From: Mycobacteriales bacterium
GTDB lineage: Bacteria > Actinomycetota > Actinomycetes > JALYNC01
Length of the DNA: 64,000 nt
Direction: 5' to 3'
Assembly (NCBI GenBank): GCA_038253225.1
Contig: JBBSHH010000003.1
Span: 545 to 64,544, forward strand
The notes below the pieces were generated by a model. The model saw only the letters and a program-made list of their open reading frames with translations. It ran no database searches and had not been told where the DNA came from. Position 1 is the first letter of the stretch. The number at the start of each line of letters is the position of its first letter. Made by a program: the position numbers and the translations under genes. Below are positions 1-9,213 of the stretch, in pieces.

Positions 1-1
1 C

Positions 2-1057
2 ATGCTGGGCGGCCGCTTCGCCGGTCGCGTACCCTCAACAGTCGTGACCTCCCCCGTCGTACCGGCTCCCGCCGGGGTGCCGGCCGGCCCCGACGTACCC
101 GCTCGGCGGGTGCTGCTGGCCCGACCCCGCGGCTACTGCGCCGGCGTCGACCGGGCCATCGAGACCGTCGAGCGGGCCCTGGAGCTCTACGGCGCGCCCG
201 TCTACGTCCGGAAGCAGATCGTGCACAACGCGCACGTGGTGCGGAGGCTGGAGGCGCGGGGGGCGGTCTTCGTGGAGGAGACCACCGAGGTCCCCGAGGG
301 GGAGCTCGTCGTGTTCTCGGCGCACGGCGTCGCTCCGGTGGTGCATGACGAGGCGCGGCAGCGGCGGCTGCGGACGATCGACGCGACCTGCCCGCTGGTC
401 ACCAAGGTGCACCTCGAGGCCCGCCGGTTCGCCGCGGACGGCTACGACATCGTCCTGATCGGGCACGAGGGGCACGAGGAGGTGGTCGGTACGACGGGGG
501 AGGCACCGGAGAACATCCACCTCGTCGACGGCCCTGCGGAGGCGGCCAGCGTCGAGGTCCGCGATCCGGACCGGGTGGCCTACCTCTCCCAGACCACGCT
601 GTCCGTGGACGAGACCAACGCCACGGTGGACGCGCTGCGCAGGCGGTTCCCTCGGCTGCAGGGCCCGCCGAGTGCGGACATCTGCTACGCCACCCAGAAC
701 CGACAGGTGGCCGTCAAGGAGATCTCCACCCGAGCCGACCTGGTGCTCGTGGTCGGCTCGCCGAACTCGTCGAACTCCGTCCGGCTGGTCGAGGTGGCAC
801 TCGACGCCGGTGCCGGGGCGGCCCACCTGGTGGACGACGCCGGTCAGATCCCCGAGGCGTGGCTGGAGGGGGTCACGACGGTCGGCCTGACCAGCGGTGC
901 CTCGGTGCCGGAGGAGCTGGTCCGCCAGGTGCTGGACTGGCTGGCCGCCCGCGGCTGGTCCGACGTCGAGGAGGTCGAATCGGCTCGCGAGCACCTGCTG
1001 TTCGCGCTGCCGCAGGAGCTCCGCCGCGACCTGCGGGCAGCTGCGTCCGCGGGCTGA
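2..1057 (+). CDS. ispH: 4-hydroxy-3-methylbut-2-enyl diphosphate reductase (IspH/LytB); N-terminus may begin inside the window edge
   Basis: Motifs [19 protein letters not shown] and SAHGV, and overall LytB architecture with three conserved Cys regions. The ORF runs from the window start. Confidence 0.9.
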   Translation: MLGGRFAGRVPSTVVTSPVVPAPAGVPAGPDVPARRVLLARPRGYCAGVDRAIETVERALELYGAPVYVRKQIVHNAHVVRRLEARGAVFVEETTEVPEGELVVFSAHGVAPVVHDEARQRRLRTIDATCPLVTKVHLEARRFAADGYDIVLIGHEGHEEVVGTTGEAPENIHLVDGPAEAASVEVRDPDRVAYLSQTTLSVDETNATVDALRRRFPRLQGPPSADICYATQNRQVAVKEISTRADLVLVVGSPNSSNSVRLVEVALDAGAGAAHLVDDAGQIPEAWLEGVTTVGLTSGASVPEELVRQVLDWLAARGWSDVEEVESAREHLLFALPQELRRDLRAAASAG

Positions 1058-1083
1058 GCAACGGGCGGGGGTGACCGGGGAGG

Positions 1084-1479
1084 TCAGCGGCGGACGCCGG
1101 CCCGATGGGAGGCGAACCGCAGCAGCGCCAGCAGCGCCGCGGCGGCGGTGGCGAGGAACAGCACCGGCGCGCCGGTCACCATCGAGGTCGTCATCTCCAG
1201 CAGCTGCCGGGAGAGCCACGAGCCGGCGTATCCGGTGCTCTGCACCGCAGCCGCGAGCAGCGCCACCACCGCATAGAGCAGCGGCGGCATGACGACCGCC
1301 GCCAGCAGGTCCTCGCGGTGCACGAGCGCGGCGGCGGCGACGCAGCCGATGACGAAGCAGCCGGCGAACACCGTCCGCAGCCCCGGGCCGGTGAGCACGT
1401 CGACGCTGGCCCCGGCGAGAGCCAGCCCGAGCACCAGGGTCACCGCGCCGGCCGCCGTCAACCCGCGCCGGTCGGCCAC
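1084..1479 (-). CDS. hypothetical small polytopic membrane protein
   Basis: This is the C-terminal third of a 411-aa minus-strand ORF. Only this part is protein-like, with three hydrophobic helices (LVLGLALAGASV, CFVIGCVAAAALV, PVLFLATAAAALLALL) and a GTG at 1479. The upstream part is low-complexity. Confidence 0.3.
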   Translation of the reverse strand: MADRRGLTAAGAVTLVLGLALAGASVDVLTGPGLRTVFAGCFVIGCVAAAALVHREDLLAAVVMPPLLYAVVALLAAAVQSTGYAGSWLSRQLLEMTTSMVTGAPVLFLATAAAALLALLRFASHRAGVRR

Positions 1480-1698
1480 GTGCGCTGCGGGCGCCGGCCG
1501 GCGGCCAGCACGCAGGCCGGTCCCGGCCGCCGCCGCTCCGTGGAAGCTGCTCACCTGCTCGGCTCCGTCCGCCCCGCTGCCGACTGATCCCGGATCATCA
1601 AGCTTCGAGGTTATCCGCGGGCGACCCGGCACGGAGCCCCCCACGCCGTACCGGCGACGCAAATATCCCGGCGCGCCCACCGGACTAACCTCACCGGC

Positions 1699-1968
1699 GT
1701 GACACAGTCCGTTCCTGCCGGCTACGACCCGGACACGGTCGTCATGATCGCCTGCCAGCGGGACGCCGGTCTGGCTCCCGAGACCGCCCGGGCGCTGGCC
1801 GAGCTCGCCGGCCGGTTCCTGGCCGAGAACCCCACCGACGACCCGGCCGCGCTGGCGCGCCGGCTGCTGGCGGAGCGGGCTCCCGGCAGTCCGCCGCCGC
1901 CCGCCTCGGCCGCCACGGTGGTGGCCGCCGCCGCCGCCCAGACATGGGCAGCGGCCCTCGGCTCGTAG
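1699..1968 (+). CDS. hypothetical small protein (89 aa)
   Basis: GTG-initiated ORF with non-repetitive N-terminal composition (MTQSVPAGYDPDTVVMIACQRDAGLAPETARALAELAGRFLAENPTDDPA) in the ispH-rmuC gap. I recognise no domain. Confidence 0.3.
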   Translation: MTQSVPAGYDPDTVVMIACQRDAGLAPETARALAELAGRFLAENPTDDPAALARRLLAERAPGSPPPPASAATVVAAAAAQTWAAALGS

Positions 1969-2020
1969 TCGGGCCGGCGCCCAGCCCGGCAGGCGTGGCC
2001 CGATCCGGTCGGACGCCGGC

Positions 2021-3472
2021 TCAGCTGGTGGCGGCGACGTCGGCCGCGTCATCGGCGTCGTCGTCGGCGACCCCGCGCGCGGGGGCAGGCAACGCCACCA
2101 CGGTTCGCGCCTCATGAACCGCCGCCAGCAGCACCGGGGCGGACAGGCTCTTGGCCTGCGCCTCGACCGGACGGGGGGTGTCGAGCGGGCCGTCGACGAC
2201 CTTGAGCTCGGCCAGCTTGCGGGCCTGCACCAGCACCCTGGTCTCCAGCGAGCCGACGGTGCTGTTGTAGTCGGTGACGGCCCGGTTGAGCGAGCGGCCG
2301 AGCTTGTCGACATGCTCACCGAGCGTGCCGAGCCGCGCGTAGAGCTGCTTGCCGGCCTCGAAGACCTCCCGCGCGTTGTCGGTCAGCGCCGCCTGCTGCC
2401 AGGCGAAGGAGACCGTGCGCAGCATCGTCATCAACGTGGTCGGGGTCGCGATGACGACCCGCCGACCCATCGCGGACTCGAGCAGCGTCGGGTCCTGCTC
2501 CAGGGCCGGGGCGAGGAACGCCTCCCCCGGCACGAACAGCACAACGAACTCGGGCGAGGTGGGGAAGGCCGACCAGTAGGTCTTCGCCGCCAGTGCCTCC
2601 ACGTGGTTGCGCAGGTGCCGGGCGTGTGCCGCGAGGCGCTCCGCCCGCCGGTCGTCATCGGTGGCCTCCGCCGCCTCGAGGTACGCCGAGAGCGTCACCT
2701 TGGAGTCCACCACGACGTGCTTGCCGCCGGAGAGGTGCACGACCATGTCCGGTCGGGTCAGGGCGTCGTCGCGGAGCGCGCCGGCCTGCTCGGTGAAGTC
2801 GCAGTGCTCGACCATGCCGGCGATCTCGACCACCCGGCGCAGCTGCATCTCACCCCACCGGCCGCGGGTCTGCGGGGCCCGCAGCGCCGTCACCAGCGAC
2901 GAGGTCTGCGCCCGGAGCTGCTCGGAGCTCTCCCGAGCGAAACCGACCTGCTCCACCAGGCCGGCGTACGCCGCGGTCCGGGTCTGCTCCAGCTCGTGCA
3001 GCTGGGACTCGACCTTGGCGAGGGTCTCCCGCAGCGGCGCCACCAGGGTCTCCACCGCCTGCCGCCGCTGCTCGAGCTCCCCTGTCGCCGCGACGCTGCT
3101 CTCCCGTAGCCGGGTCTCGGCCAGCGTCAGGAAGCGCCGGCTGTTGGTCTCCAGCGCCTCCGCGGAGAGCACCTGGAACTGCTCGACCAGCCGGGACTGG
3201 CCCTCCCGCAGCGTCGCCAGCCGCTCCTCGGCCCGGCTGCGCTCGTGCGTGAGCGCGGCGCTGACCCGGCCGACCTCGACCTCCGCGGCGCCCGCGCGGG
3301 CGGCCAGCGCCTCCCGCTCGGCGTGCAGCCGATCCCGGTCGGCGAGCGCCGCGTCGCGGCCGACGACCAGGCCGGCGGTCCGGGCGGCCGCGGCGCCGCG
3401 AGCCAGGCGCCACCCGACCAGCAGACCGAGGACCAGCGCGGCGAGCCCCGTCAGCAACGTAGTGATGTCCAT
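2021..3472 (-). CDS. rmuC: DNA recombination protein RmuC
   Basis: N-terminal TM helix, then a long coiled-coil and a conserved RmuC C-terminal nuclease-like domain (FVVLFVPGEAFL, VVIATPTTLMTMLRTV). Confidence 0.9.
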   Translation of the reverse strand: MDITTLLTGLAALVLGLLVGWRLARGAAAARTAGLVVGRDAALADRDRLHAEREALAARAGAAEVEVGRVSAALTHERSRAEERLATLREGQSRLVEQFQVLSAEALETNSRRFLTLAETRLRESSVAATGELEQRRQAVETLVAPLRETLAKVESQLHELEQTRTAAYAGLVEQVGFARESSEQLRAQTSSLVTALRAPQTRGRWGEMQLRRVVEIAGMVEHCDFTEQAGALRDDALTRPDMVVHLSGGKHVVVDSKVTLSAYLEAAEATDDDRRAERLAAHARHLRNHVEALAAKTYWSAFPTSPEFVVLFVPGEAFLAPALEQDPTLLESAMGRRVVIATPTTLMTMLRTVSFAWQQAALTDNAREVFEAGKQLYARLGTLGEHVDKLGRSLNRAVTDYNSTVGSLETRVLVQARKLAELKVVDGPLDTPRPVEAQAKSLSAPVLLAAVHEARTVVALPAPARGVADDDADDAADVAATS

Positions 3473-3551
3473 GCCGACCAGGCTGGCAGCGGGATACGAC
3501 AGAATCGGGGTGCCGCGCCGGGGCGGCCGCGGGCTCGACCGCCTCGATCAC

Positions 3552-4604
3552 TCAGACGGCGAAGCGGATGTTCATCACGTCGCCCTCCGCGACGACGTAG
3601 TCCTTGCCCTCCACCCGCAGCCGCCCGGCCGCCTTCGCGGCGTCCCACGACCCGGCCGCCACCAGCTCCTCGTAGCCGACCACCTCGGCCCGGATGAAGC
3701 CCCGCTGCAGGTCGGAGTGGATCGCGCCGGCGGCCTCCGGGGCGGCCGCGCCCCGGCGCACCTCCCACGCCCGCGACTCGTCCTCGCCGGTCGTCAGGAA
3801 CGTCAGCAGGCCGAGCAGCCGGTACGCCGACGCGATCACCGCGGGCAGCGCCCCCACCGTGACGCCGAACTCGGCGAGCAGCTCGGCCGCCTCCGCCGGC
3901 GCCATGCCGCCCACCTCCGCCTCGAGCCGGGCGGGTACGGCGATGCCCTCCGCGTCCGGACCGAGGGTGGGCGCCAGCTTGCCGGCCAGTGCTGCGCCGG
4001 CCGCGGCGCCCTCGTCGTCGGTGTTGAGCACCAGCACCGCGGGCTTGAGGGTCAGTGGCGAGAAGTTGCGGAAGCGCGCCAGGTCCTCCGGCTCCCAGCC
4101 CTCGGCGCGCAGCGGGCGTCCGGCGTCGAGCAGCGTTCTGGCCCGGGCCAGCAGCGCCGCGTCCGCGGCGGCCTGCCGGTCGCCGGCGCGCGCCTTCTTC
4201 GCTGCCTTGTCGGCCGCGCCGGTGAGGGAGGTCAGGTCGGCCAGCGTGAGCTCGAGCAGCAGGTCGCCCAGCTCGGTGGCCGGGTCGGCGTCGTCGCCGT
4301 ACCCGCGGACCACGACGGCGAGCGCGTCGGCCTCGCGCAGCAGCCCGAGCGTCTGGCCGGAGAGCCCCTCGCCCGCGCCGGCACCCTTGGCCAGCCCGGC
4401 CACGTCGACGAACTTCAGCTGCGCGTACACAGACTTCTTCGACCGATGCAGCCCCGCCAGCTCGTCGACCCGCGGGTCCGGCACCGGCAGCACCGCGACG
4501 TTCGCGCGGCCCGCCGACCCCGGGACCGCACCGGCGTGGGTGAGGGCGTTGAAGAACGTCGTCTTCCCGCTATACGGCGCCCCGACGATCCCTACCTGTT
4601 TCAC
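3552..4604 (-). CDS. ychF: ribosome-binding ATPase YchF (Obg-family GTPase)
   Basis: P-loop GIVGAPYSGKTTFFNALT at the N-terminus and the YchF C-terminal TGS domain (DLQRGFIRAEVV...VVAEGDVMNIRFAV). Confidence 0.95.
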   Translation of the reverse strand: MKQVGIVGAPYSGKTTFFNALTHAGAVPGSAGRANVAVLPVPDPRVDELAGLHRSKKSVYAQLKFVDVAGLAKGAGAGEGLSGQTLGLLREADALAVVVRGYGDDADPATELGDLLLELTLADLTSLTGAADKAAKKARAGDRQAAADAALLARARTLLDAGRPLRAEGWEPEDLARFRNFSPLTLKPAVLVLNTDDEGAAAGAALAGKLAPTLGPDAEGIAVPARLEAEVGGMAPAEAAELLAEFGVTVGALPAVIASAYRLLGLLTFLTTGEDESRAWEVRRGAAAPEAAGAIHSDLQRGFIRAEVVGYEELVAAGSWDAAKAAGRLRVEGKDYVVAEGDVMNIRFAV

Positions 4605-4661
4605 GATGTCCCCTCGAGCCCGCCGCTGCGGTCGAGCCGGGACCGAGGGTAGACGTCGGCG

Positions 4662-5267
4662 TCAGGCCGGACGGTCGTCGTTCGGCCCGGGCGCCGTGCC
4701 CTGGCTGGCCACGCCCGGCTCCGGCTCGTCGGGCGCCGTGTCGGGGGTGGCGAGCCCAGGTTGCACCGTGCCGCCGGCCGCGGACGGTACGCCGACCAGC
4801 GGCTCGAGGTTGTCGATGTCGGCGTTGCCACCGGGCACCTGGCCGGATCGGCTGTCCTCCGCGACGACATCGGTGTCGCTGCGCTGGGCGCCGCCTTGAC
4901 GTCGGCCGGTCCCGACCGACCCGTCGCCGCTCCCGGCCGCGGTGGGGGCACCCGCGACGACGGTGGTGCCGTCGTCGCCGGACATCTGCAGCACCAGGTC
5001 GTCGATCCGCGAGGCGAAGGCGATGTCGAGCTCGGTCACACCGCCTTCGGAGTGTGTCCAGAGCACGAACGTGACCGCGTCGGTGTGGCGCTCGACCTCG
5101 GGGTGATGGTCCATCGCGTCGGCGGTGGCCGCGACCTCGCCGAGCAACTGCTCCTGCGCCGCGCCGGCCACCGAAACGGTCCGCTGGATGTGCTTGCCGT
5201 CTCCGCTCCAGTCGGTCAGCGCCCCGAGGGAGTCCGCGACGAGGTTGTCATCGAGCCGGGTGGGCAT
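4662..5267 (-). CDS. phhB: pterin-4a-carbinolamine dehydratase (PCD/PhhB) with low-complexity C-terminal tail
   Basis: N-terminal ~100 aa match the PCD fold motif (EVERHTDAVTFVLWTHSEGGVTELDIAFA). The C-terminal half is Gly/Ala/Pro/Asp-rich and may be an extension or an overcalled ORF. Confidence 0.75.
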   Translation of the reverse strand: MPTRLDDNLVADSLGALTDWSGDGKHIQRTVSVAGAAQEQLLGEVAATADAMDHHPEVERHTDAVTFVLWTHSEGGVTELDIAFASRIDDLVLQMSGDDGTTVVAGAPTAAGSGDGSVGTGRRQGGAQRSDTDVVAEDSRSGQVPGGNADIDNLEPLVGVPSAAGGTVQPGLATPDTAPDEPEPGVASQGTAPGPNDDRPA

Positions 5268-5378
5268 GGCCGCCTCCGTCGATCGTGGCTGGTCGCAACC
5301 GGCTGCCTATATGCCCTTCCTCGGCCGGTCAACGCCCCGTCTGATCGTCGAACCGCTCTCAGCGTGTCATCGTGCGCC

Positions 5379-5780
5379 GTGCCCGTTCCGATCGTCGTCG
5401 CCGCCGCGATCGTGACCGGCCGGCCGGGCGATCGCCGGGTGCTTGCCGCACAGCGAGCCGAGCCGCCCGAGTTGGCCGGCAGCTGGGGGCTGCCCCGCGG
5501 CAAGGTCGAGCCGGGCGAGTCCGAGGTGGTGGCGCTGGTGCGCGAGTGCCGGGCGGAGCTCGGGGTCGAGGTCGAACCGCTGCACCGGCTCGGCGCCGAC
5601 CTGGTGACCGCCGGTGGCGCGGCGCTGCACGTCTGGCTGGCCTGGCTCCCGCGCGGTGAGCCGCGAGCGCTGGAGCACCGGGCGCTGCGCTGGCTCGGCG
5701 CCGCCGAGCTTCATGCGGTCGACTGGCTGGCCGCCGACGTCCTGCTGCTGCCCGAACTGGCCGCAGCGCTTCGCGGCTAG
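5379..5780 (+). CDS. NUDIX hydrolase (MutT-like)
   Basis: Nudix box GKVEPGESEVVALVRECRAELGV. The start is placed at the GTG at 5379, giving VPVPIVVAAAIV, typical of MutT N-termini. The long upstream extension of the ORF track overlaps phhB and is low-complexity. Confidence 0.75.
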   Translation: MPVPIVVAAAIVTGRPGDRRVLAAQRAEPPELAGSWGLPRGKVEPGESEVVALVRECRAELGVEVEPLHRLGADLVTAGGAALHVWLAWLPRGEPRALEHRALRWLGAAELHAVDWLAADVLLLPELAAALRG

Positions 5781-6122
5781 TCGAGAACGATCGGCATCAG
5801 AAGAAGCGGCGCCGGCGCCGCTTGCCGGCCTGGAGGAAGCCGCCGGCCTGCCGCAGCCGCCGGCTGGCCGGGGTCGGGCCGCCGCGGCGCGCCTCCATCT
5901 CGGCGGCGGTCCGGTGCGCCACCCGGCCGAGCAGGGGGGCGAGCACGGTGACGAAGAGCCAGCGACGAAGCCAGAGAATGAACATGTCCGGGCTGGTACC
6001 CGGTCGGGGCGTTGCTGACGCCGGCCGGCCCCGCGCCGGTCGGGCCGGGCCGGCTGCCGACGTACCATGGAGATGGCCGTAGCTCGTCAGCACGGCCCCC
6101 CCAGCCGTTCGGAGCTCCGCTC

Positions 6123-8006
6123 GTGCCTGCCCGTACCGCCAGCCGTCGCGACCTTCGCAACGTCGCGATCGTCGCCCACGTCGATCACGGCAAGACCACG
6201 CTGGTCGACGCCATGTTGTGGCAGAGCGGCGCATTCTCCGCCCACCAGGCCGAGAACGACTCGGTTCGTGAGCGGGTGATGGACTCGATGGACCTCGAGC
6301 GCGAAAAGGGCATCACGATCCTCGCGAAGAACACCGCGGTCCGCTACGGCGACACGGTCATCAACATCGTCGACACCCCGGGCCACGCCGACTTCGGTGG
6401 CGAGGTGGAGCGCGGCCTGTCGATGGTCGACGGCGTGGTGCTGCTCGTCGATGCGAGCGAGGGGCCGCTGCCACAGACCCGGTTCGTCCTGCGCAAGGCG
6501 CTGGCGGCCAAGATGCCGGTCGTCCTGGTCGTCAACAAGGTCGACCGTGCCGACGCTCGCATCGCCGAGGTCCTCGACGAGACCTACGAGTTGTTCCTCG
6601 ACCTCGACGCGGACGAGACCCAGATCGACTTCCCGATCGTGTACTGCCAGGCCCGCACCGGACAGGCCTCGCTGCACCGGCCCGAGGACGGCACCAGCCC
6701 GGACGCGCCGGACCTCAAGGTGCTCTTCGAGGTGCTCCTCGAGGCGATCCCCGCGCCGTCCTACGAGCCGGGCGCTCCGCTGCAGGCCCACGTCACCAAC
6801 CTCGACGCCTCGCCGTACCTCGGCCGGCTGGCCCTGTGCCGGATCTACAACGGGCACCTCAGGAAGGGCCAGACCGTCGCCTGGTGCCGGACCGACGGCA
6901 CGGTCGAGCGGGTCAAGCTCACCGAGCTGCTCGGCACCGAGGCGCTGGACCGGGTGTCCATCGAATCTGCGGGGCCTGGCGACATCGTCGCGATCGCCGG
7001 CATCCCGGAGATCACGATCGGGGAGACGCTCACCGATCCGGACGACCCGCGGCCGCTGCCCGTCATCACGATCGACGAGCCGAGCCTGTCGATGACCGTC
7101 GGGATCAACACCTCACCGCTGGCCGGGGAGAGCGGCAAGAAGCTCACCGCCCGGCTGGTGAAGAACCGGCTGGATGTCGAGCTGGTCGGCAACGTCTCGA
7201 TCCGCGTGCTGCCGACCGAGCGCCCGGATACCTGGGAGGGGCAGGGTCGCGGCGAGCTGCAGCTCGCCGTCCTGGTCGAGATCATGCGACGGGAGGGCTT
7301 CGAGCTCACCGTCGGCAAGCCGCAGGTCGTGACCCGGCTCATCGACGGCAAGGTGCACGAGCCGATGGAGCGGCTGACTATCGACGCCCCCACCGACTAC
7401 CAGGGCGTGCTGATCCAGCTGATGGCGCTGCGCAAGGGCCGGATGGAGCAGATGGTCGACCACGGGACCGGCTGGATCCGGATGGAGTACATCGTGCCGG
7501 CCCGCGGGCTGATCGGCTTCCGCACCGAGTTCCTCACCGAGACCCGTGGCACCGGCCTGCTGCACCACGTGCACGAGCGGTACGAGCCCTGGCACGGCGA
7601 CCTGCGCACCCGGCCGACCGGCAGCCTGGTGGCCGACCGGCGCGGGCCGACGACCGGCTTCGCGCTGGCCAACCTGCAGGAGCGCGGCACGATGTTCGTC
7701 GGGCCGGGCACCGAGGTGTTCGAGGGCATGATCGTCGGCGAGAACTCCCGGGCGGACGACATGGACGTCAACCCGACCAAGGAGAAGAAGCTGACGAACA
7801 TGCGGCAGTCCTCCGGCGACGTGCTGGTGCCGCTGATCCCGCACCGGCAGCTCTCCCTCGAGCAGGCGCTGGACTTTTGCCGTGAGGACGAGTGCGTGGA
7901 GGTGACGCCCGCGACCGTGCGGATCCGCAAGGTCGAGCTGTCCGCGGCCGTACGGGAGCGCAGCCGCGGCCGCCGGGCCCGGGCCCGCCTGACGCCTGAC
8001 GCCTGA
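6123..8006 (+). CDS. typA: translational GTPase TypA/BipA
   Basis: [22 protein letters not shown]1 motif, [19 protein letters not shown], and full EF-G-like domain order. Start at the GTG at 6123, just upstream of the conserved N-terminus. Confidence 0.95.
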   Translation: MPARTASRRDLRNVAIVAHVDHGKTTLVDAMLWQSGAFSAHQAENDSVRERVMDSMDLEREKGITILAKNTAVRYGDTVINIVDTPGHADFGGEVERGLSMVDGVVLLVDASEGPLPQTRFVLRKALAAKMPVVLVVNKVDRADARIAEVLDETYELFLDLDADETQIDFPIVYCQARTGQASLHRPEDGTSPDAPDLKVLFEVLLEAIPAPSYEPGAPLQAHVTNLDASPYLGRLALCRIYNGHLRKGQTVAWCRTDGTVERVKLTELLGTEALDRVSIESAGPGDIVAIAGIPEITIGETLTDPDDPRPLPVITIDEPSLSMTVGINTSPLAGESGKKLTARLVKNRLDVELVGNVSIRVLPTERPDTWEGQGRGELQLAVLVEIMRREGFELTVGKPQVVTRLIDGKVHEPMERLTIDAPTDYQGVLIQLMALRKGRMEQMVDHGTGWIRMEYIVPARGLIGFRTEFLTETRGTGLLHHVHERYEPWHGDLRTRPTGSLVADRRGPTTGFALANLQERGTMFVGPGTEVFEGMIVGENSRADDMDVNPTKEKKLTNMRQSSGDVLVPLIPHRQLSLEQALDFCREDECVEVTPATVRIRKVELSAAVRERSRGRRARARLTPDA

Positions 8007-8022
8007 CGCCTGACGCCTGACG
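7988..8022. repeat. perfect heptanucleotide tandem repeat (CCTGACG)x5 spanning the typA stop codon
   Basis: Read directly from the sequence: cctgacg repeated five times. Every unit contains TGA, and the stop falls in all three frames. Confidence 0.9.
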
Positions 8023-8124
8023 CACACCATGCCCCGGGACGACAGCTTCGGCGTCCACAGACAGCGCCGTCGGGACGGATAGACCCGCGGAGTGCCAGGT
8101 GAGGCGCGGCATAGGGTTACGCGG

Positions 8125-9165
8125 ATGACGACGATCGACCCGCCACCGCAGGACGACCCGGCGCGGGCAACCCTGCAGGACGCATCGACGGCCGTGCTGG
8201 AGGCCGCCTCCGAGGCGCTCGGCGAGCTCGCCGCCGAGGCCGAGATGGTGCCGCTGGACAACCCGCGACGGCTGTTGCTGGTGCACGCGCACCCCGACGA
8301 CGAGACGATCGGCACCGGCGCCACGATGGCGAAGTACGCCGCCGAGGGCACCCTGGTGACGCTGGTCACCTGCACGCGCGGGGAAGAGGGCGAGGTGCTC
8401 GTTCCCGAGCTTGCCGAGCTGGCCGCGGACCGCACGGACAAGCTGGGGGAGCACCGGGTCGGCGAGCTCGCGGCGGCCTGCGAGGCCCTCGGGGTGGCGG
8501 ACCACCGCTTCCTCGGTGGTCCGGGCCGGTACCGCGACTCGGGCATGGCCGGCACGCCGGCGAACCACCGGCCAAACGTGTTCTGCAACGCCGACCTCGA
8601 CGAGGCGGCCGGTTCGTTGGTCGCGGTGATCCGCGAGATGCGACCACAGGTCGTGGTCACCTACGACCCGAACGGCGGGTACGGCCACCCCGACCACATC
8701 CGGGCCCACCAGGTCACGGTCGCCGCCGTGGCGGCGGCCGGCGATGCGGCTCGCTATCCCGACGCCGGGGTGCCGTGGTCGCCCGTGAAGTTCTACTACG
8801 CCGTGGTGCCCAAGTCGTTCATCCAGGCCAGCCTCGACTACTTCCGGGAGCACAGCGACGAGGTCGGTTTCTTCGAGGCGGGGGTGGAAAGGGCCGACGA
8901 CGTACCGTTCGGCGTGCCCGACGAGCAGGTCACGACCGAGATCGACGCGCGCGACCAGCTGCCGGCGAAGACCGCGGCGTTGCGGGCGCACAAGACCCAG
9001 GTGGCCCTCAACGGCCCGTTCTTCGCTCTCGCCGACGGCGTCGGCCGGCGGGCCCTCGGCCGCGAGCACTATGTGCTGGTGAGCGGCGAGCGCGGACCGG
9101 GAACCGGCCCGCACGGCTGGGAGAGCGACCTCTTCGCGGGGCTGGATCAACAGAAGTCGGACTGA
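8125..9165 (+). CDS. mshB: N-acetyl-1-D-myo-inositol-2-amino-2-deoxy-alpha-D-glucopyranoside deacetylase (MshB, LmbE family)
   Basis: [22 protein letters not shown] zinc-binding motif, the later HPDH motif, and overall LmbE/MshB similarity. ATG at 8125; an alternative GTG lies at 8092. Confidence 0.85.
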   Translation: MTTIDPPPQDDPARATLQDASTAVLEAASEALGELAAEAEMVPLDNPRRLLLVHAHPDDETIGTGATMAKYAAEGTLVTLVTCTRGEEGEVLVPELAELAADRTDKLGEHRVGELAAACEALGVADHRFLGGPGRYRDSGMAGTPANHRPNVFCNADLDEAAGSLVAVIREMRPQVVVTYDPNGGYGHPDHIRAHQVTVAAVAAAGDAARYPDAGVPWSPVKFYYAVVPKSFIQASLDYFREHSDEVGFFEAGVERADDVPFGVPDEQVTTEIDARDQLPAKTAALRAHKTQVALNGPFFALADGVGRRALGREHYVLVSGERGPGTGPHGWESDLFAGLDQQKSD

Positions 9166-9166
9166 T

Positions 9167-9213
9167 CCACTACGCAGAGTAGTGGCTGGTGGCTCGACCG
9201 GGTGAACCCGGTC
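9167..9213. terminator. two tandem perfect GC-rich hairpins immediately after the mshB stop (CCACTAC-gcagag-GTAGTGG and GACCGGG-tgaa-CCCGGTC)
   Basis: Inverted repeats read from the sequence. There is no U-tract, so this is not a canonical intrinsic terminator. It overlaps the annotated GTG of the next ORF. Confidence 0.4.

Noticed and set aside
2607-4652. 681-aa plus-strand ORF spanning rmuC and ychF
   Set aside because: Extreme Arg/Ser/Ala/Pro low-complexity composition. It lies antisense to two well-supported genes and is a typical high-GC shadow ORF.
7113-8660. 515-aa minus-strand ORF antisense to typA and mshB
   Set aside because: Low-complexity Arg/Pro/Gly-rich translation with no motifs. 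Both sense-strand genes have unambiguous signatures.
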